A stretch of 64,000 bases of DNA. Origin: an uncultured Pseudomonadales bacterium (GTDB lineage: Bacteria; Patescibacteriota; Microgenomatia; UBA1400; CAYXSR01). Each line of letters opens with the position of its first letter. Within the stretch, counting starts at the first letter, position 1. The translations under genes were made by a program, and so were the position numbers. The DNA lies in assembly GCA_964430265.1 (NCBI GenBank), contig CAYSEI010000004.1, positions 45,872 to 109,871 of the forward strand, in the 5' to 3' direction. This document shows, in pieces, positions 30,728 through 40,993 of the stretch. The notes under the pieces are model-generated. The model had not been told where the DNA came from. It ran no database searches and saw nothing but the letters and a program-made list of their open reading frames with translations.

Positions 30728-32965
30728 ATGATTATAAATAAAAAAAACATCTGGATTATTATATCCCTAGCTGCAGTAATTTTATTTTTTAGTTTTTTGT
30801 TAATTAAAAAAGGAGTACCTTTACCAGCAGATGCTTTAGTTGGCATGTATCATCCCTGGAGGGACTTGTATAAAAAGGAATTTCCAGTAGGTTATCCTTA
30901 TAAAAACTTCTTAATTACAGATCCGGTTAGGCAGCAGTATCCCTGGAAAACTGCAGTCATAAACCAGTTTAAACAAAAACAACTGCCGCTTTGGAACCCT
31001 TATTCTTTTTCCGGTTATCCTTTGCTGGCAAATTTTCAATCAGGTGCTTTTTATTTTATTAATATACTTTTTTTGACATTTAATTTTAATTTAGGATGGA
31101 GTTTGTATATTATTTTGCAGCCAGTTCTTGCGCTTCTTTTTATGTATTTGTTTTTAAAAGATAAAGTTGATAGATTTTCAGCATTAATAGGGAGTATTGC
31201 TTTTTCTTTTTCCGGGTTTATAGTTGCGTGGTTTGAGTGGGGGAATGTTGGTCATACATTTATTTGGCTACCATTGATTTTTTATACATTAGAAAAGATT
31301 ATTAGAAAAAAAAGTTGGAAATACGCCCTTTTGTTTATTTTTGCTTTAAGCAGCAGCTTTTTTGCCGGCCATTTACAAACCGCTTTTTATGTTATTTTAG
31401 TTAGTGTTTTATATAGTTTATCAATGATTTTTAAGCTAAAAAAGACAAGCAAAATATTAGCTATAAAAAGAATTTCAATTGCTTTTTTATTCTTCACAAT
31501 CTTAACTTCAATCCAATGGTTGCCAACATTAAATTTAATCCAAAAAAGCACCCGCGGATTAAATGTGCCCAAACTACTTTTTCTGCCGTTTAAACACTTG
31601 ATACAGATGTTTTTTCCTGACTTTTTTGGTAATCCGGCTACTTTGAATTATTGGGGTGAATGGAATTATTTAGAATATATTTCCTATATTGGTATTATTC
31701 CAATATTTTTTGCACTTTATTATATTTTCAGTAGTTCTTTTAGTAAAAATCGCTTTTTTAAAATAACATTAATAATAAGTATTTTATTTGCGACCAATAA
31801 TCCCATTGCTAAACTTCCATTTGCTTTAAACATTCCTTTTATATCCACATCTTCGCCAGCAAGACTTGTATCATTAATATGTTTTTCCAGTGCAGTTTTG
31901 TCAGCATATGGAGCCAAGAAATTTTTAAAACAAAAAAAGATAAAAGCCCTTTTAATTTTTACACTTTTTATATTTATATCCTGGGTAGTTGTATATTTTC
32001 TTGATGCAAGACCTCACAGCAAATATTTACGCTACAACGTAACCAAAAGAAATCTGATCCTGCCAACGGCAATATTTTTAACTTTTGCTTGCGGATTTTT
32101 TATTAAAAATATCTTAAAAAAGTTTTTAAACAAAAAAATAGCAAAATATCTTGAATATTTATTTTTGCTGGGAATATTAATTATTGTTTTATTTGACGGA
32201 TTTAGGTTTTTATCTAAATTCAACCCCTTTATTAAAAAAGATTTAATTTATCCGGATACAAAAATTTTAAGTTATCTGCAGGAAGATAAAGAAAAATTTA
32301 GAGTTATTGCTCCGGATGAAAGAATCTTAATACCTAACAGCGCAATTCCATACAAAATAGAAACTGTACAAGGATATGATCCTTTAATGCTTAAAAATTA
32401 TGTTTCTCTTGTCCAATACTCTGAAACAGGTGAGTTTAATAAAAAGTACCCTAGAAGCAGGATAGTACAACCGCAGAATATAGAAACTGGATTAATAGAT
32501 ATCTTAAATGTCAAATATTTACTTACATTTGATGAATTTGGAGAAGAATTTGAAAAAATAATGGAGGAAGGAGAAACCAAGCTTTATAAAAACCCCAATT
32601 ATCTTCCGCGAATATATTTTGCAAACGAATTGCAGTTTTTAGAAAATAAAGAAGAAATATACAAAAAAATTATTAATGAACAAAAAACAACTACTGACAG
32701 GATAGTCTATAAAATAGGACAGCAAGAGAATAAAGTATGTGATCAAGCTGAGATCCTGGAAAGTAATATTAAAGCAAATCAAATAACTGTCAAAACAAAT
32801 AACAGCAATGATTGTTATTTAGTTGTTTCTCAAGTTTATTATCCGACTTGGAGTGTAATTGTGGACAATAAAAAGAAAAAAATTGAACAAGTAAACTCAA
32901 TATTTCCTGCAGTTAAACTTAATAAGGGAGAACACGAAGTGACATTTAAAAATAATTTGCTATAA
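30728..32965 (+). CDS. YfhO-family membrane glycosyltransferase
   Basis: DPVRQQYPW, PLWNPYSFSGYPLLANFQS, AGHLQ, PDFFGNP, GYDPL, YYPTW, GEHEVTF. Confidence 0.82.
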   Translation: MIINKKNIWIIISLAAVILFFSFLLIKKGVPLPADALVGMYHPWRDLYKKEFPVGYPYKNFLITDPVRQQYPWKTAVINQFKQKQLPLWNPYSFSGYPLLANFQSGAFYFINILFLTFNFNLGWSLYIILQPVLALLFMYLFLKDKVDRFSALIGSIAFSFSGFIVAWFEWGNVGHTFIWLPLIFYTLEKIIRKKSWKYALLFIFALSSSFFAGHLQTAFYVILVSVLYSLSMIFKLKKTSKILAIKRISIAFLFFTILTSIQWLPTLNLIQKSTRGLNVPKLLFLPFKHLIQMFFPDFFGNPATLNYWGEWNYLEYISYIGIIPIFFALYYIFSSSFSKNRFFKITLIISILFATNNPIAKLPFALNIPFISTSSPARLVSLICFSSAVLSAYGAKKFLKQKKIKALLIFTLFIFISWVVVYFLDARPHSKYLRYNVTKRNLILPTAIFLTFACGFFIKNILKKFLNKKIAKYLEYLFLLGILIIVLFDGFRFLSKFNPFIKKDLIYPDTKILSYLQEDKEKFRVIAPDERILIPNSAIPYKIETVQGYDPLMLKNYVSLVQYSETGEFNKKYPRSRIVQPQNIETGLIDILNVKYLLTFDEFGEEFEKIMEEGETKLYKNPNYLPRIYFANELQFLENKEEIYKKIINEQKTTTDRIVYKIGQQENKVCDQAEILESNIKANQITVKTNNSNDCYLVVSQVYYPTWSVIVDNKKKKIEQVNSIFPAVKLNKGEHEVTFKNNLL

Positions 32966-32973
32966 TTGCAAAA

Positions 32974-33882
32974 ATGAAATACAGCATAATAATTCCAAAC
33001 TATAACGGAAAAGAACTATTAAAAAAGAACCTTCCCTCTCTTATTAATCTGTTAAAAAGAGACGACAACTTACTTGAAATAATAGTTGTTGATGACGCTT
33101 CAAATGACCAAAGTATAGAATTTGTTAAAAAAAAATACCCTGATATTAAACTTTTAATTAATAAAGAAAACAAAGGTTTTGCATATTCTTGTAATCGTGG
33201 TGTAGAAAAAGCAAAAGGAGAGGTGGTTATTCTTTTAAATACGGATGCGGTATTTAAAAACAAAACAATAACCGACAAAATAGATACCTATTTCAAAAAT
33301 GATGATGTATTTGCAGTCGGTTTTTTGGATATTGTGAAAGAAAAAGGGGAAATTCAAGAGCATGGTAGAGGAATCGGCTATTTTAAAAAAGGCTGGTTCT
33401 TTCATAAAAAGGCAAGCCTGAAAAAAGGATATTCTTTATGGGCTTCTGGAGGAAGTTCAGCTTTTTGCAAAGAAAAATGGGACAAACTAAACGGATTTGA
33501 CACAATATATTCGCCTTTTTACTGGGAAGATGTTGATCTGGGATTTAGAGGCTGGCTTAATGGTTACAAAATATATTTTGATCCGGATATTAAAGTTGCA
33601 CACAATCATGAAAAAGGAAGTATTAAGAGCAATTACGAAAAAAAACAGATTGAAATAATTTCTTACAGAAATCAGTTTTTATTCAACTGGAAATATTTTA
33701 ATCGGGGTAAATATTTACTCAAACAAATTTTAGGATTTTTTTATTACTCGTTTTTTGCACTTATGGCCAATGAATGGACGTTTTTTAAAGGATTTTTTTC
33801 TGCATTGAAAAAAATAAAGCAGCTGAATAAAAAAAAGTTTGATCCAAACAAATTTCAAGATAAAAACATATTGGAAATATGA
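32974..33882 (+). CDS. GT2 glycosyltransferase
   Basis: IIPNYNG, VVDDAS, NKGFxxxCNRG, LLNTD, YWEDVDL. Confidence 0.85.
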   Translation: MKYSIIIPNYNGKELLKKNLPSLINLLKRDDNLLEIIVVDDASNDQSIEFVKKKYPDIKLLINKENKGFAYSCNRGVEKAKGEVVILLNTDAVFKNKTITDKIDTYFKNDDVFAVGFLDIVKEKGEIQEHGRGIGYFKKGWFFHKKASLKKGYSLWASGGSSAFCKEKWDKLNGFDTIYSPFYWEDVDLGFRGWLNGYKIYFDPDIKVAHNHEKGSIKSNYEKKQIEIISYRNQFLFNWKYFNRGKYLLKQILGFFYYSFFALMANEWTFFKGFFSALKKIKQLNKKKFDPNKFQDKNILEI

Positions 33883-35513
33883 AGATAAATTTAAAACTTC
33901 TGGGCATTTTTATATTAGGACTTTTGTTAAGAATTATTTTATTAAGCCAGATTCCTTCTGGTTTACACCGGGATGAAGTTTCTACTGGGTATAATGCCTA
34001 CAGCATAATAAAGACAGGAAAAGATGAGTATCAAAGAAGTGTGCCCTTAGTATTTGAAGCTTTTGGCGACTGGAAAAGGCCTTTAAATATTTATTTATCT
34101 GTTCCTTTTATTTTTATATTTGGCTTAAATGCCTTATCTGTAAGACTGCCTATTACAATTTTGGGTGCTTTAAGTGTTTTGTTAACCTACTTGATTGTTA
34201 AAAAACTTTTTCCTGTTAAAAGATCCTTGGCTTTAATTAGTGCCCTGGTTTTTGCTATTTCCCCATGGCATGTGTTTATGTCACGGACCGGGCTGGGTTG
34301 GAATGTTGTTGGCTTGTTTTTTACATTGATTGCTTTTTTGTTTTTATTAAAATCGTTTAAAAAGGATTACTGCTTAGTAATATCCAGTTTTTTATGGGGG
34401 GTAACCTTATTTACCTACGCCAGCAACCAGATACTTACACCTATTTTTCTTGTGCTTCTTTTATTTTTATATTTTAAAAAAATAATTAAAAATAAATATT
34501 TTTTTATTAGTCTAGTCGTTTTTATACTTTTGTTTGCAGTTTTTCTTAAAGTTTATGTACCTGTATTTCAGGTCAATGCAGTAGGTTCTAGTTTTATTAA
34601 TCCGCTTTATACTTTTACGCATATTGAACAAAAAAGAGTTCAATCTGGTAGGCCAAATTCTATCTTAATAAGGCTTGTTTACAACCGCCTCACTGTTTAT
34701 TCAGTTAAATTTATAAAAAACTTTTTTACTGCTTTTTCTCCTAAAACGCTATTTTTACCATTAAAATCAAATAAAGCTTATAGTTTAAAAAACCATGGGA
34801 ATCTTTATTTAATTGAGATATTCTTTTTAATATTAGGATTATTTGCCTTGAGAAAGCAAAAGATAAAAAAAATCTTTTTGCTTTTAGGATGGTTTTTTAT
34901 TTCCTTTGTACCGGCAGCATTAACTATTGACCCTCAGGCCAGTACCCGCTCAATAACAGCATTATTCCCTATATCAGTTTTAATTGCTATGGGTATAAAT
35001 AAAATAATGGATATTTTTAAGAGCAAAAATAGTCAAAAAATAGTAGAAATAGTAATTATTCTAGGATACCTTACTGTATTTAGCTATTTTATAAAAGCAT
35101 ATTTTATTGATTTTCCTAATAATAGAGCAGAAGTACATGGATACGGATGGAAAAAAATTATTGCTTATGAAAACAAACTTAATCCGGAAAATGTGTATGT
35201 AGCAACACCGGAAGATCAATATTACATTTATTTTCTTTTTTATAATAAGATAAAACCACAAGTTTTTTGGGATACTGTTAATAGGGGAGAAATGACCAGA
35301 GACGGATTCCAGAGGGTAACAGATTTTTCAGATTACCATTTTATTGGTAAAATAGACTGGCAAAACCTGGGGAAATACAAAAACAGCCTTTTAATAAAAA
35401 AGATTGATAACAAAAAACTGGAGGAATTAAGAAAGTATTATTCGGAAGCTGAGGAAAAAAAGATTATAAAACTACCTAATGGAGAACCAGAATGGCTATT
35501 AATAAAAACATAA
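33879..35513 (+). CDS. GT-C membrane glycosyltransferase, DE-x-GYNAYS array member 1
   Basis: RDEVSTGYNAYSIIKTGKDE...FGDWK, SVRLP, ISPWH. Confidence 0.8.
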   Translation: MKINLKLLGIFILGLLLRIILLSQIPSGLHRDEVSTGYNAYSIIKTGKDEYQRSVPLVFEAFGDWKRPLNIYLSVPFIFIFGLNALSVRLPITILGALSVLLTYLIVKKLFPVKRSLALISALVFAISPWHVFMSRTGLGWNVVGLFFTLIAFLFLLKSFKKDYCLVISSFLWGVTLFTYASNQILTPIFLVLLLFLYFKKIIKNKYFFISLVVFILLFAVFLKVYVPVFQVNAVGSSFINPLYTFTHIEQKRVQSGRPNSILIRLVYNRLTVYSVKFIKNFFTAFSPKTLFLPLKSNKAYSLKNHGNLYLIEIFFLILGLFALRKQKIKKIFLLLGWFFISFVPAALTIDPQASTRSITALFPISVLIAMGINKIMDIFKSKNSQKIVEIVIILGYLTVFSYFIKAYFIDFPNNRAEVHGYGWKKIIAYENKLNPENVYVATPEDQYYIYFLFYNKIKPQVFWDTVNRGEMTRDGFQRVTDFSDYHFIGKIDWQNLGKYKNSLLIKKIDNKKLEELRKYYSEAEEKKIIKLPNGEPEWLLIKT

Positions 35514-37189
35514 TAAATAATAAGATCATAAAAAAAGTAAGAAATCTTTTTAAAAACAGGAAATTATTACTAATAATAATCTTGTTTATTGCAGCATTTT
35601 TACGTTTTTATAAGCTGGGTAAAATACCGCCGGCATTGCAATGGGATGAAATTTCCATGGGCTATGAATCCTACAGCATTCTTAAAACCGGCAAGGACCA
35701 GTTTGGTAATTTTTTACCTGTATTTTTCCGCTGTTTAGATGATTGGAAGCCGGGAATGTATATGTATATTTCTGTAATTCCAATAGCTTTATTTGGACTA
35801 AATGCTTTTTCCGTCCGCTTTGGGGTAGCTTTTTTTGGTGTTCTTTCTGTTTATTTTACTTACCTTTTGTTTAAGGAAATATTTAAAAACAATAAAAATA
35901 AAGAAATAATTGCTTTGTTAACCAGTTTCTTGCTTGCGGTTTCTCCTTGGCATCTGCAAGTTACTCATGCTTTGTATCAGGTGAGTATTTCAATTTTTTT
36001 ATTAATACTTGCAGTGTATTTATTTTTTAAAGGATTAGAAAAAAATAAATATCTCTGGTTTTCTTCATTTCTTTTTGGGCTGGGATTTTACTCATATACC
36101 AGTGCAAGAATTGTTTTACCCTTAATGTGGTTATCTATGATTTTGATCCATAACCACAAAATCCTATTCAAGAAAAAGAAAATGCTTGCATTTTTTATCC
36201 CTTTTTTAGTTTTGCTTTTTTTATACATTCCGCATTTAAATGAGCCGGGTGCAAAGATCCGTTTTGAAGCTACTAATATTTTGCAAATGGAAGAATATGC
36301 AGATAATTCTATACTTGAAGTTTTAGAAGATAAAAAAAGAGGTGCTTATTTAGGGGGCAGGATATTTCATAACCGCAGATTTGCTTTTATCAACTGGGAA
36401 AACACAGGAGAAGTAATCAGGAACTATTTTTCACATTTCAGGCCGGAATTTTTATTTATTAAAGCGGATGTGCCTCTACACCATGCACCAAATATGGGTT
36501 TATTGTATGCTGTAGAAATACCTTTTGTTGTTTTAGGATTTTTATTATTTCTTAAAAACAAACTAAACAGAAAAACATTAATAATTTTAGCGTGGTTTTT
36601 AATTGCTCCTATTCCTGCATCAGTGACCCGACAGGTGCCGCACACTATTAGGACTGCACTTTTTTTGCCTACGTTCCAGTTTTTTACGGCTTTCGGATTT
36701 ATAAAAACATTTGAATTTATTAAAAGGGAAAGAAAATTGTTTGCTTATCTGTTTACAGGAATTGTTATATTTTTGCTAACATACAATATTGGTTACTACT
36801 TGCATCAGTTTTATGTGCATCTGCCATATGAATATTCCCAATTTTGGAAATATGCGAGGAAGCAGGCTGTTGAATATACTGAAGAAAACAAGCATAAGTA
36901 TGATCAAGTTCTTGTTTCTACAGATTTGGAATTTCCTTGGATTTTCTGGCTCTTTTATGCAAAGTATCCGCCTCAAGAATATTTAGAGGATGGTGGCACA
37001 GTCAGTGGTGGTTTTGCAGCCCAGGAAAATAGTTTTGATAAATATGATTTTCGTAAGTTTGATTATGATGCAGAAAAAAGCCAGAACTTTTTATTTGTGG
37101 GGAATCCGAAAGAATTTCCGCATTTTGCTGATGTTGTTAAAGAGATTGAATATAAAAATGGAGAAAAAGCAATTATAATTGCCAAATGA
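35492..37189 (+). CDS. GT-C membrane glycosyltransferase, array member 2
   Basis: WDEISMGYESYSILKTGKDQ...DDWKP, VSPWH, RIFHNRR, PHTIR. Confidence 0.8.
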   Translation: MAINKNIINNKIIKKVRNLFKNRKLLLIIILFIAAFLRFYKLGKIPPALQWDEISMGYESYSILKTGKDQFGNFLPVFFRCLDDWKPGMYMYISVIPIALFGLNAFSVRFGVAFFGVLSVYFTYLLFKEIFKNNKNKEIIALLTSFLLAVSPWHLQVTHALYQVSISIFLLILAVYLFFKGLEKNKYLWFSSFLFGLGFYSYTSARIVLPLMWLSMILIHNHKILFKKKKMLAFFIPFLVLLFLYIPHLNEPGAKIRFEATNILQMEEYADNSILEVLEDKKRGAYLGGRIFHNRRFAFINWENTGEVIRNYFSHFRPEFLFIKADVPLHHAPNMGLLYAVEIPFVVLGFLLFLKNKLNRKTLIILAWFLIAPIPASVTRQVPHTIRTALFLPTFQFFTAFGFIKTFEFIKRERKLFAYLFTGIVIFLLTYNIGYYLHQFYVHLPYEYSQFWKYARKQAVEYTEENKHKYDQVLVSTDLEFPWIFWLFYAKYPPQEYLEDGGTVSGGFAAQENSFDKYDFRKFDYDAEKSQNFLFVGNPKEFPHFADVVKEIEYKNGEKAIIIAK

Positions 37190-38703
37190 AAAAAACAATA
37201 ATTATTCTTATTTTGATCTTAGCCTTAGCAGCTTTTTTACGTTTTTATAAAATTTCAATTTATCCGCCTGGCTTGTATATTGACGAAGTATCAATTGGCT
37301 ATAATGCATATACAATTTTGCAAAAAGGGGTGGACCAGCATGGTGTTAAATATCCTATATGGTTTAAAGCGTTTGGAGAATACAAGCTGCCGGTTTATAT
37401 ATATCTAACCAGTCTGACAATGTTTGTTTTTGGTAAAAGTGTTTTTAGTGTGAGGTTTTTTTCTGCTTTTTTTGGCATTTTAACAATACTTTTCTTCTAT
37501 TTGTTTGTAAAGGATTTATTAAAAAAAGAGTTTAAAAATGAAAGTAAATCAATTGCTTTATTATCTACCTTTTTGTTAACTATTTCCCCTTGGCATTTAC
37601 AGCTTTCAAGGGCAGGTTTTGAAGTAAATGTTGCACTTTTCTTTTTTGTTTTGGGTTCTTGGCTGTGTTTAGTATTTTATCAGCAGAAAAAGTTAAGATA
37701 TCTAATTTTTGGGTATCTTAGTTTCGTATTAACTTTTTATACTTACAACAGCTTTAGATTAATAACACCATTAGTTTTAACATTTTTATCTGTATATTTT
37801 TATGTTAAAAAATTTATTAAAAGAAAAAAATTAGTTATTGTTTACTTGCTGTTTTTTATACTCAGTATCCCAATGCTGTTTTTTTCATTATCAACTGAAG
37901 GCGGAAGAAGGCTAACACAAATTTCTGCTTTTAATAAAGAAGGGATTAATACACCGTTGCAAAAAGCTTTACATTATCCTTTAATTTATTTTAATAAATA
38001 TATTCTGCATTTTTCTAATAATTTTTTGTTTAATTACGGTGACGGAATAAAAAGACATGTAATGAGGGATTTTGGTGTTTTACCCCGCTGGCAGTTACCT
38101 ATAATAATTATTGGAGCTGTTTTTGTTTTTAAAAATATAAAAAAAACATGGAGTAAAGTTTTAGTTGGTTTGATATTAATTGCTCCTATGGCTTCTTCTT
38201 TAACAGATTTAAGTCCACACGCTCTTCGATCTTATTTACTGGTTATCCCATTTATATCCTTGGTATCTTTAGGTTTGTATTTTATTTACAAGAAATTTAA
38301 GGGAATAAAAATGTGGTTTATTTTAACAATAATTAGTTTAGTTGCTTTGTATGAATTTGTTTTTCACCAGCATTTTTATTATGTGCATTATCCGCAGGCA
38401 AGAGTTCTTGACTGGGGCGCTGGATATAAACAAACTGTTGATAAAACAGCTGAACTGGGCAAAAATTATTCAAAAATTTATGTTAGTGAGAAAATTGGTG
38501 GTGAAATATATTTTCAATTTTATAATGATAAATTAGAAGTTGAATTTGTAGAACCGGGAAAAAACAAGCCGGAAGATCTAAAAGGAACAGATATTTTATA
38601 TGTTACCGGTCCAGTTGAAAAACCATCAGATAAAAAGCTAGATGAAGTTTATTTTCCATATAAATTAAATAAAGACGTTTTTGCAACTTTTTGGGAAATA
38701 TAG
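37186..38703 (+). CDS. GT-C membrane glycosyltransferase, array member 3
   Basis: IDEVSIGYNAYTILQKGVDQ...FGEYKLP, ISPWHLQLSRAGFE, PHALR. Confidence 0.8.
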   Translation: MKKTIIILILILALAAFLRFYKISIYPPGLYIDEVSIGYNAYTILQKGVDQHGVKYPIWFKAFGEYKLPVYIYLTSLTMFVFGKSVFSVRFFSAFFGILTILFFYLFVKDLLKKEFKNESKSIALLSTFLLTISPWHLQLSRAGFEVNVALFFFVLGSWLCLVFYQQKKLRYLIFGYLSFVLTFYTYNSFRLITPLVLTFLSVYFYVKKFIKRKKLVIVYLLFFILSIPMLFFSLSTEGGRRLTQISAFNKEGINTPLQKALHYPLIYFNKYILHFSNNFLFNYGDGIKRHVMRDFGVLPRWQLPIIIIGAVFVFKNIKKTWSKVLVGLILIAPMASSLTDLSPHALRSYLLVIPFISLVSLGLYFIYKKFKGIKMWFILTIISLVALYEFVFHQHFYYVHYPQARVLDWGAGYKQTVDKTAELGKNYSKIYVSEKIGGEIYFQFYNDKLEVEFVEPGKNKPEDLKGTDILYVTGPVEKPSDKKLDEVYFPYKLNKDVFATFWEI

Positions 38704-39293
38704 TGAAAAAAAAGTATATTTTTTTACTAGTGTTAATAATTATTTTACAATTAATAACACTTAGACCTGTATTTAGATGCAGTCGTTGGGATAATCAATT
38801 CCATTTTAGTAGCCTGAATTTAAAACTGCAGATAAATTCAGCCATTTTTGCAGATCAAAATGTGCCTAACTTGTTAACCCGCGCTATGCATAACAAGATA
38901 ACCTATTTTGTGCTAGATGTTTTTCGCAGATATATGTACTTTACTGATTTTAAATTTTTATTAAGCTATTTATTACCTGTTGGATTAATTGGTTTTTTAA
39001 CTGCTATTTATTTTATTTTTAAAAATAAAATATTTAAATGTAAATATAGAGATTTCTGGGTAATTATTTTTTCTTTTTCAATACTGACACATTTATTTGA
39101 AATTATATTTAATCCCGGATTGTCTTTTATCTTAAAAACAACAATCTTATTATTACCCCATTATTTATTGTCCAGTTATGGAATTTATAAACTGTTGGAG
39201 AAAAGAACTATTTTAGTTATTTTACTGCTTATTATAAGTGTAATGTGGCTACAGGTTTATTCCCAAGAGATACTTAATTTTTGTATGGTATGA
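38703..39293 (+). CDS. Small polytopic membrane protein resembling the central segment of the neighbouring GT-Cs
   Basis: RAMHNK...RRYMYFTDFKFL resembles RxxHNRR...YFxHFxxxxLF of the neighbours. Probable GTG start at 38703. Confidence 0.55.
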   Translation: MKKKYIFLLVLIIILQLITLRPVFRCSRWDNQFHFSSLNLKLQINSAIFADQNVPNLLTRAMHNKITYFVLDVFRRYMYFTDFKFLLSYLLPVGLIGFLTAIYFIFKNKIFKCKYRDFWVIIFSFSILTHLFEIIFNPGLSFILKTTILLLPHYLLSSYGIYKLLEKRTILVILLLIISVMWLQVYSQEILNFCMV

Positions 39294-39313
39294 AATTCTT
39301 ATATAATACACTT

Positions 39314-40993
39314 ATGAATTTAAAACTTGATAAATCTAAAGAATTAGTAATTTTTTTAGCGATTCTGATTTTAGCTGCATTTTTACGCTTTTATAAGCTG
39401 GGAAAAATACCACCGGCGCTTAACTGGGATGAAACAGCACAGGCATACAATGCTTATTCAATCTTAAAAACAGGGAAGGATGAACATCAGAAATCTTTTC
39501 CGCATGTATATTTAACTTCATTTGGAGATTATAAGCCGCCTTTATATACCTATTTGACAGTGCCTAGTCTTTATTTTTTTGGCAATAACGCTTTTGCAGT
39601 CCGCTTTGTCTCCTCTTTATCCGGATTGATAACAGTTGGAGCAACTTATTATCTTGTAAAAGAGATTTTTAAAGATAGAAAAAAAATCAAAAACAATTTG
39701 GCTTTAATAGTTTCTTTTTTATTAGCAATCTCACCTTGGCATATCCAGCTGTCCAGAGCTGCATATGAAGCTAACTTGGCAACTTTGTTAACAACAACGG
39801 GAGTTTTATTTCTTTTAAAAGGTATTAAAAAGAAGAAATATTTATATTTATCTGCAATTTTATTTGCACTCAGTTTTTATACTTTTAACACGCCAAGGGT
39901 TTTTGTTCCTTTACTAGGGTTAAGCTTTGTTGTTACGCATTTTAAAAAGATTTGGCAAAATAAAAAGCATTTTATATTAGCAGCCGGTTTATTTATTTTA
40001 ATTGTTGCACCCCTTGTACCGCATATGTTATCTGAAGAAGGAAGACTGCGTTACCGTGAGGTTAACATCTTTTCCAATATCAAGCCTTTACAACAAGCTA
40101 ATCAGAGGATGCAGATTGATAATAATACCTGGTGGTCAAGAATCTTACATAACCGCAGGTTTGTTTACAGCCGTTTGTTTTTAAAACACTACTTTGATCA
40201 TTTTAAAGCTAAATATCTTTTTTTTACAGGTGATAGAAATCCACGTTTTTCCTCACAGGATGTTGGCCAGCTATATTTATTTTCTTTACCGTTTTTAGTT
40301 ATGGGTATTATTTATTTAATAAAAGCAATTAATAAAAAAGAGCATTCAATAAAAGAAACTAATAATAAAATAATATTTGTTTTTCTCTGGTTTTTTACAG
40401 CCATTATTCCTGCAGCAACAGCCAGAGAAACTCCTCATGCTTTAAGAACAGAAGTAATATTGCCTACATTTCAGATTTTTATTGGCTACGGCATTATTAT
40501 GTTTTGGGACAAGATAAAGAAAGCAAAAAAGAATAAGAAATTTAAAAAGTATCTGCAGATATCTACAATTTCAGTTTATTTGCTGTTTCTTTTTTATTTT
40601 TTACATAATTACTTTGTTCATTACCCAATTAAATATGCTTCAGAATGGCAGTATGGATACAAAGAAGCTTTTGAATATACAGCTCAAGTTGAAGATGAAT
40701 ATGAGAAAATTATTGTTAGCAAAAACTTGGGCCGGCCTTATATTTATTTCCTTTTTTATAACCAATATCCGCCGCAAAAATATTGGGAGGACAAAAGAGA
40801 AAATATTAAACCTTTTGGGGTACGGGAGGTTAATGGTTTTGGCAAATACTATTTTGTTGACAAAGGTGATGATATTGATGCGCCAAATGCATTATGGATT
40901 ATGCCTCCATCACAAAAACCTAAAAATGCAAAAATAATAAAAGAGATTGTGCAGCCAGATAAAAAGGTGGTTTTTTATATTTATGAAACTTAA
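39314..40993 (+). CDS. GT-C membrane glycosyltransferase, array member 4
   Basis: WDETAQAYNAYSILKTGKDE...FGDYKPP, ISPWHIQLSRAAYE, PHALR. Start placed at ATG 39314, 6 nt after TATAAT. Confidence 0.8.
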   Translation: MNLKLDKSKELVIFLAILILAAFLRFYKLGKIPPALNWDETAQAYNAYSILKTGKDEHQKSFPHVYLTSFGDYKPPLYTYLTVPSLYFFGNNAFAVRFVSSLSGLITVGATYYLVKEIFKDRKKIKNNLALIVSFLLAISPWHIQLSRAAYEANLATLLTTTGVLFLLKGIKKKKYLYLSAILFALSFYTFNTPRVFVPLLGLSFVVTHFKKIWQNKKHFILAAGLFILIVAPLVPHMLSEEGRLRYREVNIFSNIKPLQQANQRMQIDNNTWWSRILHNRRFVYSRLFLKHYFDHFKAKYLFFTGDRNPRFSSQDVGQLYLFSLPFLVMGIIYLIKAINKKEHSIKETNNKIIFVFLWFFTAIIPAATARETPHALRTEVILPTFQIFIGYGIIMFWDKIKKAKKNKKFKKYLQISTISVYLLFLFYFLHNYFVHYPIKYASEWQYGYKEAFEYTAQVEDEYEKIIVSKNLGRPYIYFLFYNQYPPQKYWEDKRENIKPFGVREVNGFGKYYFVDKGDDIDAPNALWIMPPSQKPKNAKIIKEIVQPDKKVVFYIYET

